Shown here: positions 27,721 through 38,000 of the stretch, one piece after another | Numbering within the stretch: position 1 is the first letter of the stretch | How the letters are laid out: every line of letters starts with the position of its first letter | Origin: Alphaproteobacteria bacterium | GTDB taxonomy: Bacteria > Pseudomonadota > Alphaproteobacteria > JAWKYA01 | Assembly (NCBI GenBank): GCA_041396725.1 | Contig: JAWKYA010000007.1 | Coordinates: 2,279-66,278, forward strand | Direction: 5' to 3' | DNA length: 64,000 nt | The notes under the pieces: model-generated | Seen by the model: the letters and a program-made list of their open reading frames with translations, nothing else | Told to the model about the DNA's origin: nothing | Database searches by the model: none | Made by a program: the position numbers and the translations under genes

Positions 27721-30700
27721 TTACGCCCGGCGTTCCACGGGATGGGTGAGGGGTTCTGTCAGAAGTTTCAGCATTTCTTTTGGAACGATCTGCCGAAATT
27801 TCGGGAGAACCAAGGACCAATCGTTGAGCAAGCCAAGGGCGTATCGGGATTGAGTTTCCCTCGTATGCTCCGCGACCATCTGATGGAGCACCCCTTGCCA
27901 ATAGACGGTTTCCACGCCTTGCCACATGACGGTCTCGGGGTTGATGACTTGGGCGATACGATCTTCGGGATCGAAAATAAAGGCCATTCCGCCGGTCATG
28001 CCGGCGGCAAGGTTATCGCCGGTGCGGCCAAGAATGGCGACGGTACCTCCTGTCATATATTCGCACGCATTGGAACCGCAGCCCTCGATCACTGCCAGGG
28101 CGCCCGAGTTGCGGACGGCGAAACGCTCGCCGGCTTGGCCGGCAGCGAATAACTTGCCTGAGGTTGCGCCATACAGGACCGTATTGCCGATGATGGTATT
28201 GGCCTCGGTCGCCAGGGGACTAGAGGTCATGGGCCGTACCACAATGGTCCCACCCGATAGCCCCTTGCCGACATAGTCGTTGGCCTCGCCGAACACTTCG
28301 AGCTTTATACCTTGAACGGCGAAGGCACCCAAAGACTGCCCCGCACTGCCGCGAAGGCGTACCGTTAAGTGCCCCGGTGCCAGGCCGGTCATTCCAAATC
28401 GCCGCACGATCTTGGATGTTAATTTAGCGCCGACTGCCCGCTGGGTATTTCGAATGTTATAGGTCAGTTGCATCTTCTCGCCCACATCGAACAGCGGCGC
28501 GGCATCTTCGATCATCTGTGCATCCAAGGTTTCGGGCACTTCGTTGCGCCCATCGAGGGCTCAATAGGGCGGGAATATCCCCGGATCTGCTTTGGCCAGA
28601 ATGGGATTAAGATCGAGGTCATCCAGATGTTCCGAACCGCGAGAAATCTGTGTCAAGAGATCGGTCCGACCGATGATATCTTTAAGTGATTTTGCTCCCA
28701 GTTGCGCTAGGATCTCACGGACCTCTTCAGCGACGAAGGTAAAGAGGTTAACGACCTTCTCGGGTGTTCCGACGAATTTTTGTCGCAAGGACTCATCCTG
28801 ACTACAGACCCCGACGGGGCAGGTATTGGAGTGGCATTGCCGCACCATGATACAGCCCATGGCAATAAGGCTGGTGGTGCCGATGCCGAATTCCTCAGCG
28901 CCTAACAAGGCGGCGATAATCACGTCCCGCCCCGTTTTAATCCCGCCATCGGTGCGCACCCGCACCCGGTGGCGCAGACGATTGAGGGTCAAAACTTGAT
29001 GAACTTCCGATAATCCCATCTCCCAGGGTGTACCCGCATATTTGATCGAAGAAACCGGCGAAGCGCCTGTCCCGCCGGAATGGCCCGAAACTAGGATAAC
29101 GTCGGCGCCGGCCTTGGCGACGCCGGCGGCAACGGTTCCAATTCCTGATCGCGAGACCAGCTTCACACATACGGAGGCTTCAGGATTGATTTGTTTCAAA
29201 TCGTAAATCAGCTGCGCCAAGTCCTCGATCGAATAAATATCGTGGTGCGGAGGGGGTGAGATCAAGGTAACGCCTGGGGTGGAATGGCGTAGTCGCGCAA
29301 TTAAAGCCGAGACTTTAAATCCTGGTAGCTGACCGCCCTCGCCAGGTTTAGCGCCTTGGGCGATCTTGATTTCGATTTCCCGGCAGTTATTCAAATACTC
29401 TGCGGTCACGCCAAACCGGCCTGAGGCGATTTGCTTGATGGCTGACGAGGGATTATCCCCGTTAGGCCGAGGTTTATAGCGCGCAGGATCCTCACCGCCT
29501 TCTCCGGAATCCGAGCGAGCGCCGATGCGATTCATGGCGATGGAGAGAGTCTCATGAGCCTCGGGCGATAGAGCACCCAGAGAAATACCCGGCGCTACCA
29601 GACGTTTGCGAATCTCGGTAGTCGACTCAACCTCATCTAGCGGGGCCGCTGTCCCTTTGGGTGCAAAGGCCAGCAAGTCACGCAGGTGAATCGGGGACAT
29701 GGTGTAGATGCCCTCCGCATACCGTTTATAGGTGGCGTAGGAATCCGTTGCCACAGCGTGTTGCAGCATATGAATCGACTGCGCCTCAAACGCATGTTTC
29801 TCACCGCCTCGTCGGTATCGATGAAGCCGCCGATGGGCAGGACAGCTACCCCTTCGGTAAAGGCCCGCCGGTGTTGCTTCCAGGACCATGCGCTGGATCC
29901 CGTTAAGTCCCATTCCCGAAATCCGTGAAGGTAAGCCTGGGAAAAACTCCGATACAAGTGACCGCGATAATCCTAAGGCCTCGAAATTATATCCACCGCG
30001 ATAACTGCTGATGACCGAAATCCCCATCTTGGACATGATCTTTAACAAGCCATCGTCCATAGCTTTGATGTAACCCTCGATACACTGGGCGAGGCTTAAG
30101 TCTCCAAACAAATTCCGACGCTGACGATCAGCGATGGTCTCAAGGGCAAGGTAAGGGTTGACGGTTGTTGCGCCTACCCCAATCAAAACCGCAGCGTAAT
30201 GAACATCTTGGCATTCTGCGGAACGAACATTGAGTGAGGTGAAGGTCCGCAGGTTCTGTCGCACCAAATGCGTATGCACAGCGCCCGCGGCTAAAATCAT
30301 GGGTATAGAAGCCCGGGTTTCGGCGGTGGCCGCATCGGTTAACACCACATGGGCGCAACCGCCGCGCACGGCGGTTTCTGCCTCGGCCTGGATGCGGGCG
30401 ATGGCTTCGGTTAACGCTTTATCGCCTATAGTATCGAAGGTGCAATCAACGTCCGGTCGCCCTTTTCCCATACGTTTGCGCATGGTATCGAAGGCGGCCG
30501 TTGTCAAAATGGGACTGTCCAATAGAAGAAAATCTAATTGATTGGCATCTTCGTCGAGAACGTTCCCAAGATTTCCCAGGCGCGTGGCCAAGGTCATCAC
30601 CTGACGTTCCCGTAAGCTATCGATCGGGGGATTGGTGACTTGGCTAAAGTTCTGACGAAAGAAGTGATGAAGGCCACGATAACGATCCGACAATACAGCA

Positions 30701-32262
30701 ATTGGGGTATCGTCTCCCATGGACCCTATAGCCTCTTTACCGCCTTCGGCCATGGGATGCAGAATCAGTTCAATCTCTTCCAAGGTCCATCCTGCCGCGA
30801 CTTGTCGCTGGCGGAGCGTTTCCTTGTCCATCCGTGATGGCTCGGCATCTCCCGCGGCAGGGAGGTTCGCTAATTTGGTTGAACGTTTGACCCATTTTTC
30901 AAAGGGCTGACTATCGGCAAGTTTTTCCTTGATCTCACGATCGTGATAAAGCTTTCCATCGATCAAATCGACAGCGATCATCTCGCCAGGGCCAAGTCGC
31001 CCTTTCTCGATCACCGTCGTTTCGTCGACCTTTACTACCCCTGCCTCGGATCCGGCGATCAAAAGTCCATCCCCGGTTATAGTATAGCGCATAGGGCGAA
31101 GACCGTTGCGATCCATTCCGCCGAGCACCCACCGACCGCCAAAAGCCGCAATTGCCGCAGGACCATCCCAAGGTTCCATCACCGCATTGCAGTAAGCATA
31201 CATGGCCTTCAGCTTAGAGGATAAGGTTTTGCGCTCACCCACTGCCTCGGGGATTAACATGGTTTTGACCATGGGCAGATCGCGGCCGGCGCGCACGAGA
31301 AGTTCAAATACAGCGTCAATAGCCGCAGAATCCGAGCTTGCAGGTTGGATGACTGGTTTGATGTCGATGATCTCATCGCCAAAGGCATCGATGCCAAGGC
31401 GGGCTTCGTGACTTTTCATCCAGTTGATATTGCCCGATATCGTATTGATCTCGCCATTATGGGCGAGAACGCGAAAAGGCTGAGCGGCCGCCCAGGTTGG
31501 GAAGGTATTGGTAGAATAGCGTTGATGATAGATGGCGAAGTTAGAGACAAACCGCTCGTCCAACAGGTCTGGGTAAAAAGCGGTTAATTGTTCCGCTACA
31601 AACATACCTTTATAAATGACCGAGCGGCACGAGAATGAGCAAATATAGAAGCCGAAAATATTCTCGGCCAAGATCGCCTTCTCAATGCGCCGGCGGATGA
31701 CATAAAGATCCCGCTCGAAGCGGATGTTCGAAACGCCACGCGCGTTGGTGATCATGATCTGTTCGATTTCTGGCCGTGTGGCATTAGCCTTCTCGCCTAC
31801 CACATCGGTATTCACAGGAACTTGTCGCCAACCATATATGGCATGACCGTATTTTAAGATTTGGCTTTCGACGATTTCCCGGCAACGTTCTTGGGCGCTT
31901 AAATCCTGTCGCGGTAAAAATACCATGCCGATGGCAAGATCGCGCGGTTGCGGTTCATGCCCCGTGCGGCGGATGTGTTCTTTGAAGAATTCTTGGGGGA
32001 TTTGCACGTGGATGCCGGCGCCGTCCCCTGTCTTGCCGTCGGCATCTACAGCGCCGCGGTGCCATAAAGACCGCAGCGCACTGATGGCGGCTTCAACAAC
32101 TTGACGACGAGGCTTGCCGTCGATCGCGGCGATTAATCCGACGCCACAGGCATCGTGCTCATCCTTGGAATGATAAAGGCCATGGGTTTCTAACTGTCGC
32201 GCATTGTCGATAAAGGCTGCAATCTCGTCCACGGTATTGGTAAATGTGAGGAGCTTGGTCAT
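27721..32262 (-). CDS. gltB: glutamate synthase large subunit, interrupted by an in-frame TGA at 28561-28563
   Basis: Ntn amidotransferase start (HDACGVGLIA), FMN/4Fe-4S domains and the C-terminal GXGXG beta-helix (GNTVLYGATSGKLFAAGQAGERFAVRNSG). The two listed ORFs (27721-28539 and 28561-32331) are in the same frame, separated only by TGA: ...DPGIFPPY*ALDGRNEVPETLDAQ... The Met at 32262 follows the gltD stop by 4 nt. Confidence 0.9.
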
Positions 32263-32266
32263 GGCA

Positions 32267-33709
32267 TTACTCCGCAGCGGCCGCAACCGAAGGCGCTGCC
32301 GCAAGATAGGTATGAATGGCTTCTGCTGCATCGCGACCGTCGCGAATCGCCCACACGACTAAGGCGGCACCTCGCACGATATCACCTGCTGCGAAGACGC
32401 CGGGTAAAGTGGTGGCCTTGGTGAAGGGGTCGGTGGCAATGGTTCCCCAACGCGTTACGGGAAGTTGGGGTTCTTCAAACAAGGTGGGCAAATCCTCGGG
32501 ATCGAAACCAAGGGCCTTGATGACTAAATCAGCTTCGAGTGTGAAATGCCCGCCGTCGACAATTTGAGGGTGCTGCCGGCCAGTTGCATCCGGGACCCCT
32601 AAATGCACGCGATCAGCGATGATACTGTGCACCTCTGTATCACCTGTAAAGGCGCGAGGGCTTGCAAGGAAAGAAAAGATGATACCTTCCTCTATGGCAT
32701 AAGAGACTTCGCGCTGCGATCCTGGCATGTTTTCTCGGTTGCGCCGGTAAAGACAAGTCACCGAAGCGGCACCTTGGCGCACGGCGGTCCGCACGCAATC
32801 CATGGCAGTATCGCCACCCCCGATGACGACGACTTTCTTTCCCGCTGCGTTCAGCGGGCCTTCGTCGAAGGCGGCAACAGGATCGCCAAATCCTTTCCGA
32901 TTTGAGGCAATCAGATACTCCAAAGCAGGAATGATACCCTTAAGCCCGACACCCGGTGCTTCGATGTCGCGTGGTTTATAAACGCCGGTGGCAATCAGAA
33001 TGGCATCGTGACGTTGCCGAAGGTGAGCGAAGGAGACAGTGGTGCCGACGTTTGTACGAGGGTGATAAACGACGCCGCCCGCGGCTAGGCGTTCAGTGCG
33101 ACGCGCGACCACATCCTTTTCAAGTTTGAAATTAGGAATGCCGTAGACCAAAAGTCCACCCATACGGTCATAGCGATCGTAGATGTGAACGTCATGACCT
33201 TTGATCCGCAGTTGTTCGGCGGCGGCAAGTCCTGCAGGACCGGCGCCGATAATCCCAACGGACTTTCCTGTAGCGGCTCCGGGATGCAAAGGAGGTATCC
33301 ACCCTTTTTCCCATGCTGTATCCAAAATGTATTTTTCAATCGCGCCAATGGTCACTGTGCCATGGCCCGCGCGTTCGATGACACAGTTCCCCTCACAGAG
33401 ACGATCCTGCGGACAGATGCGGCCGCAAATCTCAGGCATGGCGTTGGTGGCCGAAGCGATCTCAGCTGCTTCTTCCAATCGGCCCGCCGCCGTGAGCATC
33501 AGCCAATCGGGGATATTATTATGAAGCGGGCAATGAACCTGACAAAAGGGGACACCGCATTGTGAGCAACGCGCAGCCTGCACCGCCACCTTATCGGTAG
33601 CAAACCGCTGATAGATTTCATCGAAGTCGTGGCGGCGGGTCTCGGCGGCACGCTTTTCCGGCGGTGCCTGAGAAACCGTAACGAATTTCAGCATACCGGG
33701 ACCGGCCAT
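32267..33709 (-). CDS. gltD: glutamate synthase small subunit (NADPH)
   Basis: CSQCGVPFCQVHCPLHNNIP and CGRICPQDRLCEGNC Fe-S motifs, and IIGAGPAGLAAA and VIGGGDTAMD dinucleotide folds. The Met at 33709 fits the family N-terminus. Confidence 0.9.
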   Translation of the reverse strand: MAGPGMLKFVTVSQAPPEKRAAETRRHDFDEIYQRFATDKVAVQAARCSQCGVPFCQVHCPLHNNIPDWLMLTAAGRLEEAAEIASATNAMPEICGRICPQDRLCEGNCVIERAGHGTVTIGAIEKYILDTAWEKGWIPPLHPGAATGKSVGIIGAGPAGLAAAEQLRIKGHDVHIYDRYDRMGGLLVYGIPNFKLEKDVVARRTERLAAGGVVYHPRTNVGTTVSFAHLRQRHDAILIATGVYKPRDIEAPGVGLKGIIPALEYLIASNRKGFGDPVAAFDEGPLNAAGKKVVVIGGGDTAMDCVRTAVRQGAASVTCLYRRNRENMPGSQREVSYAIEEGIIFSFLASPRAFTGDTEVHSIIADRVHLGVPDATGRQHPQIVDGGHFTLEADLVIKALGFDPEDLPTLFEEPQLPVTRWGTIATDPFTKATTLPGVFAAGDIVRGAALVVWAIRDGRDAAEAIHTYLAAAPSVAAAAE

Positions 33710-33821
33710 AGGTGTTTCCTTAAAAGAAAGCCCGGTTCTGGACTCTGACACAGCGGGACCGGCACACGCTGCCCCTTCTCTATAGGGAGGAAAAATAAGC
33801 GCGCCAAGCATTTTTTTAATT

Positions 33822-33844
33822 TTAGGTCAGTATAAATGACCTAA
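33822..33844. promoter_or_regulatory. perfect palindrome TTAGGTCA-N7-TGACCTAA upstream of gltD
   Basis: Read directly. 8-bp arms with an AT-rich 7-bp spacer, about 115 bp upstream of the gltD start. Confidence 0.35.
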
Positions 33845-33923
33845 AGAAAGGTTCTGAAAAAACCTCCAATCCATTATAGGTCTCTATAGCTAAAATATAG
33901 GACCGAATCGGTCATTTATGGAT

Positions 33924-34877
33924 CTATTTACCTTTATTTTCCTCTGCAAACTGACCCCCAGGGCGGAATCGATACAGATAGGTCGGGACAAGGGCTTCTA
34001 CCGCGGTCGGCGAAATGTCCAAAGCTTCCAGTCCTGGGTTTTCGCCATTGAGAACATTGTCTGTTTTTAAGAGTCGCACTTGATCGCGGGTCAGAGGGGG
34101 TATAGGCAAAAACTCCAGGAAAAAGGCCTCGATCATCGCCAAGCTATAAGGGAGGGGTATCAGCATCCGATCCCGGTGAGTCTCATGACAGACCAGAGTC
34201 ATAATCTCTTTCCAGCTATAGGATCGTGGACCTCCAAGATCGTAGGTTTTCCCTTGCAAGGCCGGTGTTGTGATCACCTGCATCAGGGCGGCAGCAACAT
34301 CTCCGACATAAACAGGCTGGACCTTGGTTTTTCCACCGCCAATGAGGGGTAGGGCAGGAAGGAAGCTGGCCAAGGTTGCAAAGCGATTGAAGAACTGATC
34401 GTCGGGACCGAAAACCACCGATGGCCGAAATACGGTAGCGTTTGGGAAGGCGGTCCGAACCGCGGCTTCACCTGCGGCTTTGCTTCGCGCATAGCGAGAG
34501 GCCGCATTAAGAGAAGCACCCAAGGCAGAGATATGGAGGAGTTGATGTGCGCCAGCAGCCTTGGCGGCGGTGGCGATGATTCTGGCGCCTTGGTCGTGGA
34601 TAGTATGAAAAGTTTGCCGACCTCGTTCATACAAGATCCCGACGAGATTAACGACAATCTCGGCACCCTGGCAGGCCGCAGTGACGGTTTCGGGTGCTCG
34701 GAGATTGGCTTGGACAGGAACGATTTGTCCGACATCACCCATGGGGCGTAAAAACAAGGCCGCGGAGGGGTTGCGCACCGCGACCCGGATTTGCGCGCCA
34801 GTTTTTGCCATAAGCCGCACGAAGTTACGGCCAATGAACCCCGATCCGCCAAAGACAGTAACCAAACGCGGTGTCAT
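33924..34877 (-). CDS. complex I NDUFA9-like NAD(P)H-binding SDR
   Basis: VTVFGGSGFIGRNFV Rossmann motif; 317 aa; overall similarity to the NDUFA9/39-kDa subunit family common in alphaproteobacteria (from memory). Confidence 0.75.
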   Translation of the reverse strand: MTPRLVTVFGGSGFIGRNFVRLMAKTGAQIRVAVRNPSAALFLRPMGDVGQIVPVQANLRAPETVTAACQGAEIVVNLVGILYERGRQTFHTIHDQGARIIATAAKAAGAHQLLHISALGASLNAASRYARSKAAGEAAVRTAFPNATVFRPSVVFGPDDQFFNRFATLASFLPALPLIGGGKTKVQPVYVGDVAAALMQVITTPALQGKTYDLGGPRSYSWKEIMTLVCHETHRDRMLIPLPYSLAMIEAFFLEFLPIPPLTRDQVRLLKTDNVLNGENPGLEALDISPTAVEALVPTYLYRFRPGGQFAEENKGK

Positions 34878-35026
34878 ATTTCTCTCCTAAAGACTATCTG
34901 TCGCTGCCGTCTTCATATACCTTCGAAGAAGGAGGTTCATCCTGTTTTTCGTGCAAAGCTAGCGGACAAGACGTTGACAAAAAACGGAGGGCAGCTTAAG
35001 TCGGCCCGTATCGTTTGAATAGGCTA

Positions 35027-35113
35027 GCCCAGGTGGCGGAATTGGTAGACGCGCAGGTTTCAGGTACCTGTGGCCGCAAGGTCGTGGAAGTTCGAGTCTT
35101 CTCCTGGGCACCA
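35027..35113 (+). tRNA. tRNA-Leu (anticodon CAG), encoded CCA end
   Basis: Hand-folded: acceptor gcccagg/cctgggc, D-arm gcgg..acgc, anticodon stem caggt/acctg with loop ttCAGgt, long variable arm, T-arm ggaag-ttcgagt-cttct, 3' acca. Confidence 0.93.
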
Positions 35114-35141
35114 CCAAAGCTTTGGGTGCCACCGAAGCTTC
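35106..35141. repeat. 18-bp imperfect tandem duplication that includes the tRNA-Leu 3' end
   Basis: gggcaccaccaaagcttt / gggtgccaccgaagcttc, read directly. Confidence 0.6.
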
Positions 35142-35315
35142 ATCGTAACTTCGTACAGGGTGTGTGATCATCTAGGGAGTTGCGAGGATAGGTGGATGAG
35201 TTCACGACCTCGTCTTTTCATAGGATGGAACCATCGAGAAAGGTACGGAAATTCTTAAGGTAGTTATCCTCAGCAAAGGACTTTAATTGATGGCTGTAAC
35301 GGTTCATCGTTCGAC

Positions 35316-35900
35316 TTGCCGAATGGTTTCGACTTAACTGGCGACCTGGCCGTAGATACGGAAACTCTGGGATTAAATCTGAACCGTGATCGCCTGTGCG
35401 TGGTACAGCTTTCTAATGGGGATGGAAATGCTCATCTGGTGCATTTTCCCGAACCGAACTATGAAGCCTCAAATCTAAAACGATTACTGGCCAAGCCAGA
35501 GGCAACGCGAATTTTCCATTATGCGCGGTTCGATCTTGCATCGTTACACCGATATCTTGGTGTAAATGCTGGCCCTGTTTTCTGCACCCGCATCGCGTCG
35601 GTGTTAACCCGCACCAATGCCGATCGTCATGGCTTAAGGGATCTGTGCCGCGAGCTGTTGGGTATCGAGATCTCTAAACAACAACAAACCTCAGACTGGG
35701 GGGCCGCGGAACTCTCGACCGAGCAGATCGCCTATGCCGCCGGCGATGTGCTTTATTTGCACAGATTGCGGGAAAAGCTCCAAGACCTTCTATACCGGGA
35801 GCGCCGGGAAGCCTTGGCTAAGGCGTGTTTTGCCTTTTTACCGGCTCGGGCGGCCCTGGATATTGCGGGATGGGCGGAAACCGATATCTTTGCCCATTAG
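35316..35900 (+). CDS. RNase D-like 3'-5' exonuclease (DEDD family)
   Basis: LAVDTETLGLN (ExoI), IFHYARFDL (ExoII) and YAAGDVLYLHRL (ExoIII, DEDDy). TTG start; see the finding on a possible upstream frame problem. Confidence 0.75.
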   Translation: MPNGFDLTGDLAVDTETLGLNLNRDRLCVVQLSNGDGNAHLVHFPEPNYEASNLKRLLAKPEATRIFHYARFDLASLHRYLGVNAGPVFCTRIASVLTRTNADRHGLRDLCRELLGIEISKQQQTSDWGAAELSTEQIAYAAGDVLYLHRLREKLQDLLYRERREALAKACFAFLPARAALDIAGWAETDIFAH

Positions 35901-36113
35901 CCCTTCTCTAATCCATTGATTATGAACGAAATATAAGGCATAATCCCCGAACAGATGCCTCAAAATCACCGCGACAGCGGAAAGTTTTGCACATTGCGCC
36001 GCTTACCGCTTCGTGCTGGCATATATACGGGAGCTGGCCTGATCCAGTGGCGCGCTCCATAGGCACAGATTGTCGGGGCATTTCGCCTCCACCCTAATGG
36101 GAGATAGGAAGAT

Positions 36114-37148
36114 ATGGGCAAAGGCCCTGCTGCCTCGGCAAAAATCTCACAGACTACTGTTAAAGTTCCCCAAGACCTGGCTGTCGTTGGTGGCGATTCC
36201 ATCCTTGCGGCGGGCCGCCGCGTGCTGGAAACCGAAGCCGCAGCTCTTCTGTCTATGGCTAAGGCCTTGGATGCTTCTTTTGCGCGTGCGGTGACCCTTC
36301 TGGCCGGTGTTTCGGGCCGGGTCATCGTTACGGGCATGGGGAAAAGCGGTCACGTGGCTCGGAAGATTGCGGCGACCTTTGCCTCGACGGGCACGCCAGC
36401 GCATTTCGTCCATCCCGCTGAAGCGAGCCACGGCGATTTAGGGATGATCGCCGAAGGGGATGGGGTCATCGCCTTATCGAACTCTGGTGAAACAACCGAG
36501 CTTGGCGATGTGGTTGCCCATACCCGCCGGTTCGGTATCGGACTCATTGCCATGACCGCCAAAGAAAACAGTAGCTTGGCCGAGGCGGCCGATGTAGCGC
36601 TGATCTTACTGGGCGGTCCCGAAGCCTGTCCTATGGGATTGGCGCCAACTACCTCTACCACGGCTATGCTTGCTCTGGGTGATGCCTTGGCGGTGTCTTT
36701 GCTGGATCGGAAAGGGTTTACCGCCGAACGGTTTCGTGATCTTCACCCTGGGGGCAAGCTGGGTCGCCGATTGCTGAAGGTTGCGGATATCATGCACGGG
36801 ATGGATATCACACCCGTTGTTGCCGCAAAAACCACCATGGCGGATGCTATCTTGACCATGACAACGGCAGGCTTTGGCACGGTCGGTGTGGTGGATAATC
36901 AAGGAAAGCTTGAGGGAATTGTCACCGATGGCGATTTACGCCGCCATCTGTCGGCGGAGCTCTTAAGTCGCCCCATTGCCGCCATTATGACCCGTAATCC
37001 TAAGGTTATTGCCGCTGATGACTTGGCGGCTTCGGCTTTGCTGATCATGAATGAGAATAAGATTACGGTTCTATTCGTCGTTGATGCCGATGGTCGGCCT
37101 CTGGGCTTGGTTCGAATGCACGATTGCCTTCGGGCTGGCGTCGCATAG
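36114..37148 (+). CDS. kdsD: arabinose-5-phosphate isomerase (KpsF/GutQ/KdsD family)
   Basis: SIS domain (VIVTGMGKSGHVARKIAATFASTGTPA) plus a tandem CBS pair. Its position upstream of lptC-lptA-lptB is the conserved order. Confidence 0.85.
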   Translation: MGKGPAASAKISQTTVKVPQDLAVVGGDSILAAGRRVLETEAAALLSMAKALDASFARAVTLLAGVSGRVIVTGMGKSGHVARKIAATFASTGTPAHFVHPAEASHGDLGMIAEGDGVIALSNSGETTELGDVVAHTRRFGIGLIAMTAKENSSLAEAADVALILLGGPEACPMGLAPTTSTTAMLALGDALAVSLLDRKGFTAERFRDLHPGGKLGRRLLKVADIMHGMDITPVVAAKTTMADAILTMTTAGFGTVGVVDNQGKLEGIVTDGDLRRHLSAELLSRPIAAIMTRNPKVIAADDLAASALLIMNENKITVLFVVDADGRPLGLVRMHDCLRAGVA

Positions 37149-37187
37149 CGGCCACGTTTTGATTAAGGCTTAGGAGCTTCATCGCTT

Positions 37188-38000
37188 ATGACAGTGATTG
37201 GCGCCGATACACCCCCTACAGGGTTCGGAGCGACACCCGCTTTGCAGGTTACGCCGGGCGATCGCCCTGCACCCGAGCGGCGCGGCGATCGGATCCCCCT
37301 TCGCCGCGGGGTCGCGCGCGTCGGCGTATTTTATAGCCGGTGGGTTTGGGCGCTGAAATACGCTCTCCCTATTGTTGCTCTAACCTTGGTTACTTTGGTT
37401 GCCTTATGGCCGCATCTCAATCCCATGGCCGGTCGCTTCAAGATCGAAGCGATTAAAGTGTCCATTGCGGATGCACTGAATGTCCGAATTGTCGAGCCAC
37501 GATGGACAGGAACCGATAAGTATAATCGTCCTTTCGTCGTTACGGCCAACGAAGCCATCCAGGATGCTACCGATAATCAACTGGTGCGCCTGCAACAGCC
37601 AAAGGCGGATATTACTTTGGAAAACGGAACATGGATCGCGCTGATGTCCGAAGAAGGAACCTTCTTTCGCGACCTCGATGTGCTGGATCTTTTCGGTCAA
37701 GTGAGTCTCTTCCACGATCAAGGTTACGAATTTCGAACCCAAAGCGCGCAATTCGACGCTAAAAGCGGTGCTGCTAGCGGTGATTCACAAGTCGTGGGTC
37801 ATGGTCCCTTCGGACATATCAAAGGCGACGGCTTTCGGATTAACGGTGATGGCACGCGCGTTACCTTCATCGGGAAATCCAAGCTGGTAATCTATCAAGG
37901 TAAAGCCGTCGATAAATCCGCAACATCGCCTATGCCGCATCAACGTCCGGATGCGCTGGGTGCTAACGCAACCGCATCGGCTCCAGTGAAGCTTCAATGA
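37188..38000 (+). CDS. lptC: LPS export protein LptC family
   Basis: Single N-terminal TM segment (ALKYALPIVALTLVTLVALW), then a beta-rich periplasmic domain. Assignment rests on synteny between kdsD and lptA. It has a cytoplasmic extension of about 50 aa. Confidence 0.65.
   Translation: MTVIGADTPPTGFGATPALQVTPGDRPAPERRGDRIPLRRGVARVGVFYSRWVWALKYALPIVALTLVTLVALWPHLNPMAGRFKIEAIKVSIADALNVRIVEPRWTGTDKYNRPFVVTANEAIQDATDNQLVRLQQPKADITLENGTWIALMSEEGTFFRDLDVLDLFGQVSLFHDQGYEFRTQSAQFDAKSGAASGDSQVVGHGPFGHIKGDGFRINGDGTRVTFIGKSKLVIYQGKAVDKSATSPMPHQRPDALGANATASAPVKLQ

Noticed and set aside
28534-28563. Selenocysteine insertion at the gltB TGA. A small hairpin (GGGCGC-aacgaa-GUGCCC) starts 9 nt downstream.
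   Set aside because: The hairpin is short and unlike the bacterial SECIS I remember. GltB is not a known selenoprotein. No sel genes are in the window. The aligned residue is only recalled, not verified. I keep this only as a remote alternative inside the gltB finding.
35114-35315. Genomic island or mobile element at the tRNA-Leu gene.
   Set aside because: No integrase, transposase or foreign-looking cargo is present. The next gene, 200 bp away, is a housekeeping exonuclease, followed by the conserved kdsD-lpt-rpoN block.
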